Below, one piece after another: positions 13,528-25,826 of a DNA stretch of 64,000 nucleotides; position 1 is the first letter of the stretch; the number at the start of each line of letters is the position of its first letter. The translations under genes were made by a program, and so were the position numbers. The notes under the pieces are model-generated. The model made no database searches. It saw only the letters and a program-made list of their open reading frames with translations, and had not been told where the DNA came from. Source of the stretch: Octopus bimaculoides (lineage: Eukaryota); contig NC_068988.1 of the NCBI RefSeq assembly GCF_001194135.2, positions 3,805,245-3,869,244 on the forward strand. Direction: 5' to 3'.

Positions 13528-13579
13528 CTTCTGCTAATAACTTGTGTGCATCATCTGCTCTGTTAGTTTTGAAAGTATA
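13528..13579 (-). CDS. Weak candidate exon YTFKTNRADDAHKLLAE
   Basis: Acceptor ttagcag, weak donor G|GTGTAA, phase 0 to 1. Implies an 84-nt intron downstream. Confidence 0.2.
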
Positions 13580-14198
13580 CTGCTAACATTTATGAAATAA
13601 AATCTAAATACTAACTGAACCATGCTGGCACAGAAGACGGATGTTAAATGATGATGGTGATGGTGATGACGATGATGATGATGATGACAGCAACAAGGGA
13701 AATGCAATCGAAAGGAAGTTACAGATATTTTGAATCTGAACTAACAATACTGACAATTATTTAATGCCAAGAACCCAGGAATATAAGACAGGGCATTCAG
13801 AGATAAAATATACAACTCCATAGAACAGAGTTGTCAAATCTGTGAAAGTAAGGACAAAAATCCAACAAGTGTATTTTATAAATGAAATGCAACATAATTG
13901 GAAATAATTCAAAATGTGTCAGAAACGAGAAAAAAATTTGTTTATGTTAAAATATAACATAGAAAATGAAATATAGTTTTAGAAGGATTCCACGAACTTT
14001 TAGAAAAAATATTTAAATTATGAAAAATTTTGGATTTGTTTAAAAAATAAAATAGAGTTTGACTCCACATGAAGAAGTGAAAAGATTTATTAAACCAACA
14101 AAAATCTATTCTTGAGAATCAGCTTGTCTCCTCACATACCTTCACTTAGGGAATGGCATTTATCAACTTCATGAATTATTTGTTGAGAATCTACTTAC

Positions 14199-14306
14199 CT
14201 GCTGCCTACATAAATTCTGTCCACAATGAACCAAAAATTCTTGTATGAGCTGTGAAGTAGTGTGTTCACCTGTCAACGCTTCCTCGTACAGGGAATGTTT
14301 ATCTTT
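14199..14306 (-). CDS. Candidate internal exon KDKHSLYEEALTGEHTTSQLIQEFLVHCGQNLCRQQ
   Basis: Acceptor tttattacag, strong donor CAG|GTAAGT, 108 nt, phase 0 to 0. GC is raised against the flanks. Protein not recognised. Confidence 0.5.
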
Positions 14307-14917
14307 CTGTAATAAACTAACTGTTGATTTGTCTGGTTGACAAAGAGAGGCATTAGATTCTATGGAAATGTCACCTTTAATAGACTGATGGCCTGTCTAA
14401 AGAGAGACATTTTCATTATGTAATGACATTGCTCCAGAAGGGTTATACCCTACCAGCAGGAAATAGTAAAAACAAACAAATTTCCTTAGCACCATCATGA
14501 TGAGTATAATTGTTTAGGAAGTTGTCTGATTGAGTCGTATTTTTATTTGCGGCCGATTCAAAGGAAGTGTGGAAAGGAAATGATAGCAAGACAAATTTAG
14601 CAAAAGCAAAGAATTAATTTCTAACAAAAATAACTGGTTGGAAGTACCATGGAGAGAGTTTAACAGCTCAAAACTCAATGCTTATTGTTCATCTATAACT
14701 GTTGTTCTGCTGTAGTCTACAGATATTAAGCTTCAAGTATAGGATGCAATTGAAGATAATCTATCATAAACACAGCATTTATATTATTCATAAGACAGCT
14801 GACTGATAAACTATGGATTGAAATCGGGGATATAATCTATTACAGATACAACATTTATACTGTTTATATTATTCATAACACAGTTTACTATTAAATAGTT
14901 TAAATTAAATGATATGC

Positions 14918-15045
14918 CATCATCATCATTTAACATCTGTTCTCCATGCTGGCATGGGTTGGATGGTTTGGCAGGATCTGCACAGCTGAAGAGCTGCACC
15001 AGGCTCCATTGTCTCTTTGGCTTGGTTTCTACAGCTGAATGCCCT
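14918..15045 (-). mobile_element. Family C SINE-like 3' fragment, truncated at (TA)n
   Basis: catcatcatttaacatctgttctccatgctggcatgggttggatgg. Confidence 0.85.
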
Positions 15046-15228
15046 ATATATATATATATATATATATATAACGGAATTTTTAAAATTTTCTGTTAGCTTG
15101 CTTTCCTCATTTCAACATGTTGTGTATTTATAGTGAAAAATATTGTATGTGCTTAGACAATCTAAAGTCTATTTTCCAGCATTTTGGGACAGAAATTTTT
15201 TTCTTTCGCCCTTATTTATAATTGTTTA

Positions 15229-15380
15229 TTCTTTTAATTGTTTCAGTCATTTGACTGCAGCCATGCTGGAGCACTGCCTTTAGTCAAGCAAATCGACCCC
15301 AAGACTTATTCTTTGTAAGCTTAGTACTTATTCTATCAGTCTCTTTTGCCGAACCGCTAAGTTACGGGGAACGTAGAAAG
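15229..15380 (-). mobile_element. SINE 3' half (family B type)
   Basis: tgtttcagtcatttgactgcagccatgctggagcactgcc...cttttgccgaaccgctaagttacgggga. A shorter piece of the same sequence lies near 35620. Confidence 0.75.
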
Positions 15381-15391
15381 CACTATCCAAA

Positions 15392-15662
15392 CATGATCAA
15401 TGCCAGGTCCGCCTGACTGGCTCACATGCTCGTGGCACGTAAAAAGTATTATCTGAACGTGATCGATGCCAGGACCACCTGACTGGCTCTTGTGCCAGTG
15501 GCACATAAAAAGAGCCACTACATTCTCAGAGTGGTTGTCATTAGGAAGGGCATCCAGCTGTAGAAACATTGCCAGATCAGATTGGAGCCTGGTGTAGCCA
15601 CTGGCTCACCAAGATCTCAGTCAAACTATCGAACATGGAAAACAGACATTAAACGATGGTGA
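15392..15662 (+). mobile_element. Family C SINE-like copy with two internal repeat units
   Basis: gtggcacgtaaaaag units, then ttaggaagggcatccagctgtagaaac...ttaaacgatggtga. Confidence 0.88.
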
Positions 15663-16582
15663 CTGTACCCTGTCTCTAGAATGAAACACTTCAGAAAAAA
15701 TACAATTTTAAAAGAAATTGTGTATGTTATGGGTCTGTTTAAAATTCCAGCAATTTTATTGTTTTCAAAATAACTACAGAATTTTCTTGAGTTCTGTGAG
15801 ATTATTTCTGTTATAGAAGGAATGGATATGTCTATGTGTGTTTGTGTATGCATGAAAATTATTTTAATTTGTACCATTATTTATGGCAGCATACATGTGT
15901 GTATGGAAAGCCAACACAGATTGTACCCCACCCATAGAATATCAGTCGTATTTAATCAAACCAGTGAGATGACGTTTACATGTTAAAACTTTCTAAATAT
16001 AACAGCCAAATCTACCTCAAATTTCGATATTTTGTCTCAGAAGTAGGGGGAAAAAAACATATGAGGTAATAAACTGTGCCTAAAAATATGGGATAATCAA
16101 GTCTAGAATATTTCTAAACACAAAATCATAAAATCAGAACTTAACTGTAGCAAAACAGCACAACAGTAATAAACCATATTAATTTTTTAGTTCCTTCGGG
16201 GATAAAATGCCAAGTTATCTCATGTGAGATTTGAACTCAAAATAAAATTACAATTTCTGTCAGTTCCCCATCCTGCTTTTGAAACACATGATTGGGTCAT
16301 GACAGATGTCAGCTGACCAGAACATTGATATTACAGAGAAAGTGAAAGTAGACATATATGTGGAGTCAGGTACAGGTAATACATCAAGCAACAGCCAAAG
16401 TTGTCTCTTATGTGCACTCAGAAAATTTCAAAGAATACAGATGCAACACCTGAGATCTTAGGTTGACCTCAACAGGATTTGAACTCGGAACATGAAGAAT
16501 CAGAACAAATACTGAAAAGTAATTTTTCAGAGCTTTAATGATTCTGCCAGCTCACTGTCCTACATAACAACAACAACAACAA

Positions 16583-16763
16583 TTTATTCTTTTATTAGCC
16601 ACAAGGGCTCACATACAAAAACATTGAATGACATACAACAACATAAAGGACAAAAACAGGATGATACAATGGGTTTTACAGCGTGTAAGCAATATAACAA
16701 TAACAATTAAAAATTAAACAAATTAAAACTCCCAATAGGGGAGGCGCTTTAAGGTCATCGTGG
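16583..16763 (-). mobile_element. Probable LINE 3' end sharing its terminus with family A tail B
   Basis: Reverse complement ends tatgtgagcccttgtggctaataaagaataaat, compared with SINE tail B tatgtttagctcccctgtgggcaataaagaaataaat. Confidence 0.5.
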
Positions 16764-16789
16764 AACAACAACAACAATAATAATAATTA

Positions 16790-16980
16790 TAGTTTCTAAT
16801 TTTTGCCACAAGGGCAGCAATTTTGGGGAAGGGGATTACGTCAAACCCCAGGGTTCAACTGGTTCTTATTTCATCGACCCGAAGCGATGAAAAGCAAAGT
16901 CGACCTCAGTGGAATTTGAACTCAGGACACAGCAGCAGGCAGAAAACCGCTAAACATTTCGCTTTGTAGGCTAATGATTC
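16790..16980 (-). mobile_element. Family A SINE (tail A) between (AAC/AAT)n and (TAA)n tracts
   Basis: tttgccacaagggcagc...aaagtcgacctcagtggaatttgaactcag. Confidence 0.88.
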
Positions 16981-17024
<44 letters not shown>

Positions 17025-17269
17025 TGAAGTTTTATCGACAATATTTTTATCTCACCCATATCATACAATGGAAACTATAGCAAATTTTTTCATTTTGTTT
17101 CTTGAAATAGATTTTTATTTTTCATTGTAGTCAAGTTGCTCTAAACATAAAAGCAGACCTGATCTTTGACATATATATATATAATACCTTAATTTTGTAA
17201 CTACAAAATGCTTTAGAATAAAAGTTTACATGATAAAGACGTCAAAGGATGAGGAGAAATCTTTCTTTA

Positions 17270-17456
17270 TAAAATATATACCAAGATATATGGGTTACAT
17301 ATGTACATTGTAACAGATATATAACATATACATATATATATATAAACACACCCAAGTATATTAAAGCTCACATGCACACATAAAAATACATACATGCATT
17401 TACATTTAAATTGGCATATATCATACACATGATATATATCATACACATGATATATA

Positions 17457-17514
<58 letters not shown>

Positions 17515-17720
17515 AAGATATGCATAAACGTATGTAAATACCTATAGTCATGCATAAATACACACTGTGAAACATATACACATATATGACGTGACTAAAG
17601 ATATTACACTGAACTACATGCCTAAATACATACATATGAATACATATATAAACAATCGTATATATACACAACCTAGACATATATTCACTTACATAACTAA
17701 GTGTATACATGTTTGTGTAC
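17270..17720. repeat. Low-complexity (TA)/(CA)-rich tract
   Basis: Alternating purine/pyrimidine sequence with a core (TA)n. Confidence 0.85.
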
Positions 17721-18802
17721 ATGCATGTTTATAAATATGTATGTGTATCTAGAAGTGTCAGTCTATGATAGCCTTTATCAACTTTTATACAATGAAGTTA
17801 TTGATCCCTTTAGCATCAAAGATATTGGTTTTCTTTTGAAAGATAGACTTATCGATTCAGTGATATCTGACATCAATTTAAAGGAGAGATATATTTCTCT
17901 TATGAAATGAACAAACTATTCCCAAAAATCAATAAGGAAATGATGTATTATTGATTATATGTTTTATGAGGAATCACGCCACAGATGTCTATCTCATTTC
18001 TGTCTTAGGATTGTCAATGTGGTACTATTTGAAATTATATACATACACACACACATATATATATATATATACTTATATACACCCATTCATTGTTTTTAAT
18101 TATCTTCATCGTGTTCAGACTCATATGTATGCACTGTTTCACATTTACTATTGTTCCTCCTTTACGTATGTCAACATAATACAAATTAAGTACTTGTTGT
18201 TGATTTTTTTTTTTTATAACATTCAATCTGATCTTATCTGAACTAATTAGCTATAATTAACCAACTCTTGTTATTTATCAAAGATTTCTAATCAATGTTA
18301 TACTATCCGAGAAACCTTCAAGTAATCAGCATAACTAAATCAGCCAATGGCTTTGATTGCCAAACAAGAATCTAGAAGAACTATAAATATAGTTGTAGTC
18401 TCAAAACACGGCTTTGATTCACTCCTTTAAAACTGAATCACCTTTTGTAGACAGAATCCTTGCAAGTAATGCCTTTGCTTTGGTCCTTTAAAATGTCATG
18501 CCACCCACCTTTTCTGCTCTTTTCTTACTAGGCTTTGATCACAGAACTTTGATGGCTTATTTCACTCACCCAGCTGCAGCAACTGCAACTGTATTATGGG
18601 CAAGTGTATAAGTGTGTTCATCGTTAAATACATATACTAATGTACATGCTTTGTGTATATTCCAGTGGCTGCAATGGTGTAATGCAGGATAAAACTCACA
18701 TGCCACCGGTGTTAAAACACCTTGGAGTCAGTCATGGACAGGTGAGATAACTCACTTTCAATCATGATGCTGATGCTGATGATGATGGTGATGTTACATA
18801 TA

Positions 18803-18851
<49 letters not shown>

Positions 18852-18968
18852 TCATATATGATGTATGTGTGCATGTATGTATATTTATATGTGACAGTCC
18901 AAGATGCAAGACTATCTACATTGCATTGAAACATGCATTTTCTATAAAGTCAACATTTCAGAATGGAA

Positions 18969-19160
18969 TCGTCATTGTCATCATCATCATCATCATCATC
19001 ATCATTCTTTAAATGTCTGTTTTCCATACTCGCATGAGCTGGGCGATTTGGCCAGAGCTGACAAGCCAAGCCAGAAAGCTGCACCAGGTTCCAGCCTGAT
19101 TTGGCTTGATTTCTATAGCTGGACACCATTCCTAACGCCAACCACTTTACAGTGCGTGCT
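18969..19160 (-). mobile_element. Family C SINE-like copy
   Basis: (CAT)n...tttaaatgtctgttttccatac...ttcctaacgccaaccactttacag. Confidence 0.85.
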
Positions 19161-19579
19161 ATGTATTTGTTCATATATATTTTTTCATCATACCCAACTC
19201 TCTGATTATTCTTTTGATTTCCATTGTTTCTAATAGTTTCTCTATATAAATTCTTGAGTTTTGGCTGTGCTATTCCAATTAGAAATAAATATCATAATCT
19301 TGAGTCCCAATTATTTTAATACCATATACAAGTAGACTGAGGAAAAAACCATGAGCAATTTTAGCCACTATGCTACTATGGGTTCTCAAATACATTTGAA
19401 GTATTTATGCACTCACTGACTGTGATTCCTAATTATAACCATCGGTGATGCATAGCTTTGAAGTGTATTTTGCTAAATAGTCTTCACCTTGCAGACAACG
19501 AGCAGAAAGAATTCTTTTTTAAGTCGTAAAAGTGTTATGGTGAATTTACCAAATGTACCATAGTTTCTGTGCTTACCAG

Positions 19580-20400
19580 CAAAGAGGAAAATATTTAGTA
19601 AACATTTGGCATTTGTCAACATGGAGAAAGCCTTTGACAGGATCCCTCGCTCACTCATCTGGTGGACAATGTGGAAGCTAGAGATAGATGAGTGGTTGTT
19701 GAGAGTTGCCCAAGCCATGTACAGGGATGCTGTCAGGTGAAAGTCAGTATTGAATACAAAGACGAATTTAGTGTGCAGGTAGGAGTTCACCAAGGATCAG
19801 TTCTAAGCCCTTCTTGTTTATAATAATTCTCCAGGTAATAACAGAGGAATTTAAGACTGGTTGCCTTTGGGAGCTCTGCTGTGCCAATGATCTTGTTCCT
19901 ATAGCTGAAACTCTACCAGATTTGGAGAAGAAATTTCAGGTCTGGAATCAAGAAAATTGCCCTGTTCAATATGTAGAAAAGGTGTAGACAGAAATTCCAT
20001 TCGGTGTACCCAATGCAGGCCAAGGACACATTACTGGAACAGTGGAATCACACAAAGGTTAACAGAGAAAGTAATCATAGTGTGCGGTAGATGTGCAGGT
20101 ACAGTATACACTAAGAAAGACAGGAAATAGATTTCATCAGATTTCCAGGGAGGTCTTTGGGAATAATAGATGGTTTTTGTTACCTAGATGACCAAATTAG
20201 CAGCAGTGGAAGTTGCTCTGAAAGTATAATTGCTAGACAGAATTCAAAGAGCTGTTACATTTGTTGGTAACAAAGGACTTCTCCCTCAGAATAAAAGGCA
20301 GACTGTATGATGCTTGTGTACAGACTGCAATGCTACATGGCAGTGAAACATGGGTTGTAACTGCATAGGACATGTGAAGGCTTGAAAGAAATGAAGCCTA
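19580..20400 (+). mobile_element. Decayed RTE-clade LINE: reverse transcriptase, PHD-like insert, C-terminal region
   Basis: HLAFVNMEKAFDRIPRSLIWW; VQVGVHQGSVLSP; ELCCANDLV (a decayed YADD); FCYLDDQISSSGSCSESI; LYDACVQTAMLHGSETW. Several frameshifts and stops. Confidence 0.93.
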
Positions 20401-21331
20401 TTATGTTACAGTAAATCCAAGTGGGACCAACGACTTTTGTCTACACTTAATTGGTTAAATGATCTTCATGCTTAACATATTTAGAATAAAAGGAGAAAAG
20501 CATAAATTTCACATATGGTTCATACTTTAATTTTATTCAACAGCTGTTTCATTAAGATAAATACCTTTTAATGTATAATTACAAAATTGTGATACATAAT
20601 TGATTTCAATAAAAGTAAATTCATTTAGAAGCTGTGTTACCTGAATCTTGAGAAATATGAGTTATGCTAATCAGAAATACTTTTCTCTTTTTATTCTATA
20701 CAAGAATGCATATATTGCAAATGTGTGTCCATGCTTATGTTTCGTGAGCTTTCATAAAATGTAATTATGAAAATGATGGACATCACTAACAAGTTTACTG
20801 ACACACAAATAAATAATATTGATGTCTGTTATTCATATTACTCATTGCTTGCCATTTGTAAGCTCCTACATCTCTCTGTAAAACAAATAGAGGAGACATT
20901 CCTGATGGACTGGCAATATCCAGGTAAAACTCATCAAATTGTTCTTTTGTTTTGTCGAGTGGACCAGAGTGGTTTCAGGCCATCTCTCATTTGCTCAGCA
21001 AGATCTAATACGTGTGCATTAGACATAAACTTTTTTACAATTTATTCACATACTGTCTCAGTGCTTCATTTAATTTAGATGTGTTAGAGAAAGAGAGCGA
21101 GAGAGAGAGAGAGAAAGGGTGTGTGTGTGTGTGTGTGCATGCATGTTTTAATGTGTGTGTTTTTTTAATGGCTATACAAAGAGCTAAAAGGGAAGTGATG
21201 TGTTATTTATGTATACATCTGTGTGTGTGTGTGTGTGTGTGGGTGTGTGTGTGTGTGTGTGTGTACAGTGTTCAAATGATTTGAAATTAAACTCTGGAAT
21301 CTACAATGTATTTTGTATATTGACATTCTTC

Positions 21332-21374
<43 letters not shown>

Positions 21375-22887
21375 GCACATGTATGTATAAGGTCATTGTT
21401 CCTAATATGTAACAGTCTGGTTACTCTTAGTGCATCAGAGCTACTCGAACCAACCTGACAAATGTAACCTTACAATAAAATGACATTGTAACAATGAACG
21501 AAACTTTCTAAATGAGTAAGGAAAAGTTTGAACAAATCATATTTTGATGTGCAAATATACCTTGTTTCCTAAAAAATTTTACATAATTCTCAAAGTTTTA
21601 AAGAATTTCTCAAAGTGATATTTTCGTTTTACCACTGTACAATGTTACATCTATCCCTGATCTCTGCCTTTTATATATTGGTGTTGTATTGTTTGGAAAA
21701 TGTCTCACTACATAAAATGTTCACATTATTTTGATGTTTTAACATTCCTCTTTACCATCTATTAGTTGCAACAATTCCTTCGCAAAGTGAAAGATCTGAA
21801 AACTCCTCTGAGAATTGTTGCCATTAAATAAAAAAAAAAAAATTCAATATTTCCATATTCTATATTCAAATCCATACACTATGTTTTTTTTTATCATTTT
21901 TTAGGAAACCAATCATATTTTTTTCTTCCTCTTCTATGATTTTTGTAAGTTTTTTTCCCCCCTTTTTAATACATTATCACTTTTTATATGCAAGCCTTTG
22001 TTCTTTGAAACTATTCAAGTTATCACTTTACTGTATCTTGAGGCGAGATATGTTTTACCACTATATCAGACCAATTGTGCCATATCAATGCACAAAACAT
22101 GCAGAAACTTTTGCTACTTTATGAACTTTGCCCAACGAGACAAAACAGTTTTACGGCACCCAAGTGATTCTATGCTGTGTATTAATGTGAAAAGAATAAT
22201 ATAATCCTTTTGTCACAGAGTTGATGAAATGGATTTCTCTGACAAATGCTAACATTTTATTATTCCCAGTTAATACTTATTTCTTATTTACAAGTTTTGA
22301 CAATAATTTTCAACAGACTACAAACTGTTGAATGTCATGCTATCTCCAGGTAAACAGCATTTATTTATTATATATGCTAGTTGCAACATACAAATGGTCT
22401 GTCAGTCTACATTAGGGCATAGTAATTTAATATTTCATCTTTCACTATGACTTTGTTACAACCAGAAATGTTGTGCAATACACTGGCTTCTGCTACCAGG
22501 CTGTTTTTTTTTTTATTTCTGCTACATAACCATTTCTTTTTTTTTTTTTTCAGTGATGAGAGAGTAGGGTTTAAGATATGTTTATATTTACAATTATAAA
22601 CATTATATTTGTAGTTATTATGGCATTAATACAGAATTTATTATTATGGTGTGTATATTTTTGAATATCATTATTTTCATTCAGCTTGCATTAATTGCTA
22701 TTACAACTTCTACTTTTTTTTTTTTCCTGCTGACATTCCAGCAGCTTGTGGTGACATCTGGCTGTCATTGAATTTTATATGATAACAAATTGAAATGGAT
22801 TTAGGAAATTATTAGAAATTATGAGAAAACTCTTCTTCAGTTGAAATACCCAACTGACAAATGGTGAAAATTCCTCAACAAACTTAC

Positions 22888-22954
22888 AACATCCACACAT
22901 CAGCACCATCTTGGAAATATTTTCTGCTTGCATCTATATGGACATGAATTATAG
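22888..22954 (-). CDS. Candidate internal exon IIHVHIDASRKYFQDGADVWML
   Basis: Acceptor tttttatttatgtctaag, donor TT|GTAAGT, 67 nt, phase 1 to 2, single open frame. Confidence 0.38.
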
Positions 22955-23432
22955 CTTAGACATAAATAAAAATGATCAAACAATCGCATGCACAAAGAAA
23001 GAAACCAGCAAAATTGCATATATTGAATAAGAAAGATCAAATGCTAATGTATGTTGTTTATGTTTTCTCAAGAACATTAAGAAATGTGGGTAAATTAAAA
23101 TGGCTGCATTCTGTTGAAAAACATTTGTTCTAAGAACATATATGCAAATATTTAAATTCTAAAATAGTTATTAGCCAACCTGAAAATGAATGTAAAACTA
23201 TTCCACGAGAATAGAGAAAAGAAGAAAAGTGAAAATATACAGCAAAGGTGATGTTATGAAACATAGGAAAACCTTTCAATGGAAATGTGCTTAATGGCAT
23301 CTTTCTTTTCAAGAAACTATTCGTTTCCTTTGAGATCACTTAACAAGGTTCAAAAGTTAGTTTGATGTCACAGCTACATAAGGATCTCCTGCAATTCAAA
23401 TACATGTTTATTTATTTCAACAAGTAAGCAAT

Positions 23433-23482
<50 letters not shown>

Positions 23483-23559
23483 NNNNNNNNNNNNNNNNNN
23501 NNNNNNNNNNNNNNNNNNNNNNNNNNNNNNNNNNNNNNNNNNNNNNNNNNNNNNNNNNN
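23483..23559. other. Assembly gap between (CT)n and (GT)n
   Basis: 77 N. Confidence 0.99.
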
Positions 23560-23608
<49 letters not shown>

Positions 23609-24199
23609 TCTTCTCTTGTGTACATAAATCTAAAAATTGTAACATGAAATCTGCATGAATCAGTAACAAAGTGGATCAGAGTGTCACCACTTTTAGTTTA
23701 GAAAAAAAAACAAAAAAAAAACAAGCTTCTAGTTTGAATGCAGGTTGGCATTGCTTACCTCTACTGAAGTAAGGGAGAGTCGAGGTCAAGGGGAAGAAGA
23801 AGAAAATGAGAGAACATTGAGTGAAAGAAGTGGGGGGAAGGTGTGGAAGAAGAGAGAATAATGAAAATGAGGGAGGGAAAAGACAAAGCAAGAGGAAGAT
23901 GTTTGAGACAATATTTCTAAGAAAGTCATTAGATTTCTCAAACCTAAGTTGGCCAGTGTACAGAAAGCAAGAATATCTACTGGAAATAAGAAAGCAATAA
24001 ATGTTGAAATCATCAGAGAATATTCTGTAATTTGTTTAATAGAGAACTTGTCATGTTCTTCAACAATTGATGAACAAAATTTTGTGGTTCTATCGATATG
24101 AGGTGTGAAATTAATCTCAACCTGAAGAACTTAAAAACAGAAACCAACCAAATAGCAGCCAGAGAACCAGAGAGAGAAAGAGATAAAGAAAAGATGTGA

Positions 24200-24283
<84 letters not shown>

Positions 24284-25119
24284 GTCAGTCTTATACTGGC
24301 TCCATTGTATTTCTCATGCTGCTGACATAAATTGCAATGCTGTCTACAGGAGTAAAGTTTCTACTCTCTTTATAACTGGTTGTACTCCTTTCACAAATTG
24401 ATCAACCATGTATTAGAAGTGACATTTGATGTCTTCTTAGCAAACAGAAGCAAGCAGAGCTTTGTGCCATATTTATAGCAAAAACATACTGACACGTACT
24501 GTATCAAGTTGTCATTTCACAGCAACAAGTTCAGTAGTCTGTCACATTCTATACACAGTTATTGTATTTATAAACAATGGAACTAAGTTGTTATCTTTGT
24601 CTTAGTTTTCATCTCAACAAGATGCCTGTAAGGATCTGACTGGTTTAGAAAGAAAGATCCAATGGCTTCAGGAAGATGCCAGGGATACCAGAAGTTAGAG
24701 AGGAAAGCTACCACAATGATGCCTAAACATTTGAGGGGATATGGGCTTTAATGGGGTTTATCGGACAAGGTCATTATTAAAGATGATGTTATTATTAAAG
24801 ATGATGTTCCCCCATCAACAAATGATTCATTAGCTCTGTATGTTTAAAGATATGCATGGAATAGATCCTGTGCTTGAGAAAAGAGATAAGTGTTAGCAAC
24901 AGGAAAGTCACCTGGCTGTAAACAATGCTTTAATCATGTATATTTGTATAATTCATGCTAACATAGAAAAAACAGATATAAAAACAGACAAACAAAACAA
25001 AACAAACTTACATTCCAGTCAGATTGATTTCCAGTTGTCATCAGGTTCTATATTTTTGAGATGAGGAATTCTACACATTATTTACAATGAACAGATGTGT
25101 GTCCTCATCTTGTTTGTTG

Positions 25120-25165
25120 TTACCACATTTCAACTGGTTTACTCTCCAGCCTTCATCAGGTGTCC
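25120..25165 (-). ncRNA. Degenerate minimal hammerhead ribozyme motif (left arm)
   Basis: Reverse complement: gacac CUGAUGA a ggcugg agaguaaa ccaguu GAAA ugugg. Both core boxes and stem II are present. The cleavage-site region is mutated. Confidence 0.55.
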
Positions 25166-25240
25166 TCGTAGAATTTTGAACCCAACCCTGTGTTCTTGTT
25201 CCTAAGGTATTTTTTTTTTATTATTTATTCAATCATCTTT

Positions 25241-25298
25241 ATTGAACTTGGAACCTTGGGGTTAGTAACCCACACTCTTAACCATTGTGCCATATGCC
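25241..25298 (-). ncRNA. tRNA-derived Pol III cassette (left arm), pseudo-tRNA
   Basis: Reverse complement: ggcatatggcacaatggttaagagtgtgggttactaaccccaaggttccaagttcaa, with A-box and partial B-box. Confidence 0.55.
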
Positions 25299-25628
25299 CA
25301 TGAGCAATTAAAGAGTGAATTTTAGGGCTTATAAACCTAAATATTGTGTTCTAACATATATGCTGCCTCTTAGTTTCCATATTTTCCAGTGGTGTTCTCT
25401 GTGTATTATTTTAACTTCATCCCACAGGAGAAGATGGTCTCCATTTTCTCTGATGTTAAAATAATAAACAGAGAACACCAATGGAAAATATGAAAACAAA
25501 AGATGCTGTGCATATGCTAGGATACAATAACCTCCTATGCAGACCTAGTGCAGATATGTGTAGAAAAGGGGAAGGATACAAAAATATTAGGTTTATAAGC
25601 CCTAAAATTCCCCCTATAATTTTCCACA

Positions 25629-25698
25629 GGCATATAGTGTAATGGTTAAGAGTGTGGGCTACTAACCCCAAGATTCCAAGTTCAATTCCAGGTAGTGC
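25629..25698 (+). ncRNA. tRNA-derived Pol III cassette (right arm), pseudo-tRNA
   Basis: A-box tagtgtaatgg, 7-nt loop ctactaa, B-box agttcaattcc, and ggcat/gtgcc acceptor-like ends. Confidence 0.6.
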
Positions 25699-25780
25699 CT
25701 TGAATAAATAATAATAATTGTAACTTCAGCAAAAAATGCCTTAGGAGTGAGAACTCAGAGCTGGGTTCAAAATTCCACCA

Positions 25781-25826
25781 GGACACCTGATGAAGGTAGC
25801 AGAGTAAATCAGACAAAACATTATGG
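25781..25826 (+). ncRNA. Degenerate minimal hammerhead ribozyme motif (right arm)
   Basis: ggacac CTGATGA agg...agagtaaa tcagac AAAA catt. GAAA is mutated to AAAA and stem II is eroded. Confidence 0.45.

Noticed and set aside
19473-19793. 106-aa minus-strand ORF
   Set aside because: It is antisense to the RTE reverse transcriptase relic.
25629-25698. Functional tRNA-Ser gene
   Set aside because: The loop gives an unusual ACT anticodon, there is no serine-type long variable arm, the stems are imperfect and it sits inside a repeat arm. Treated as a pseudo-tRNA.
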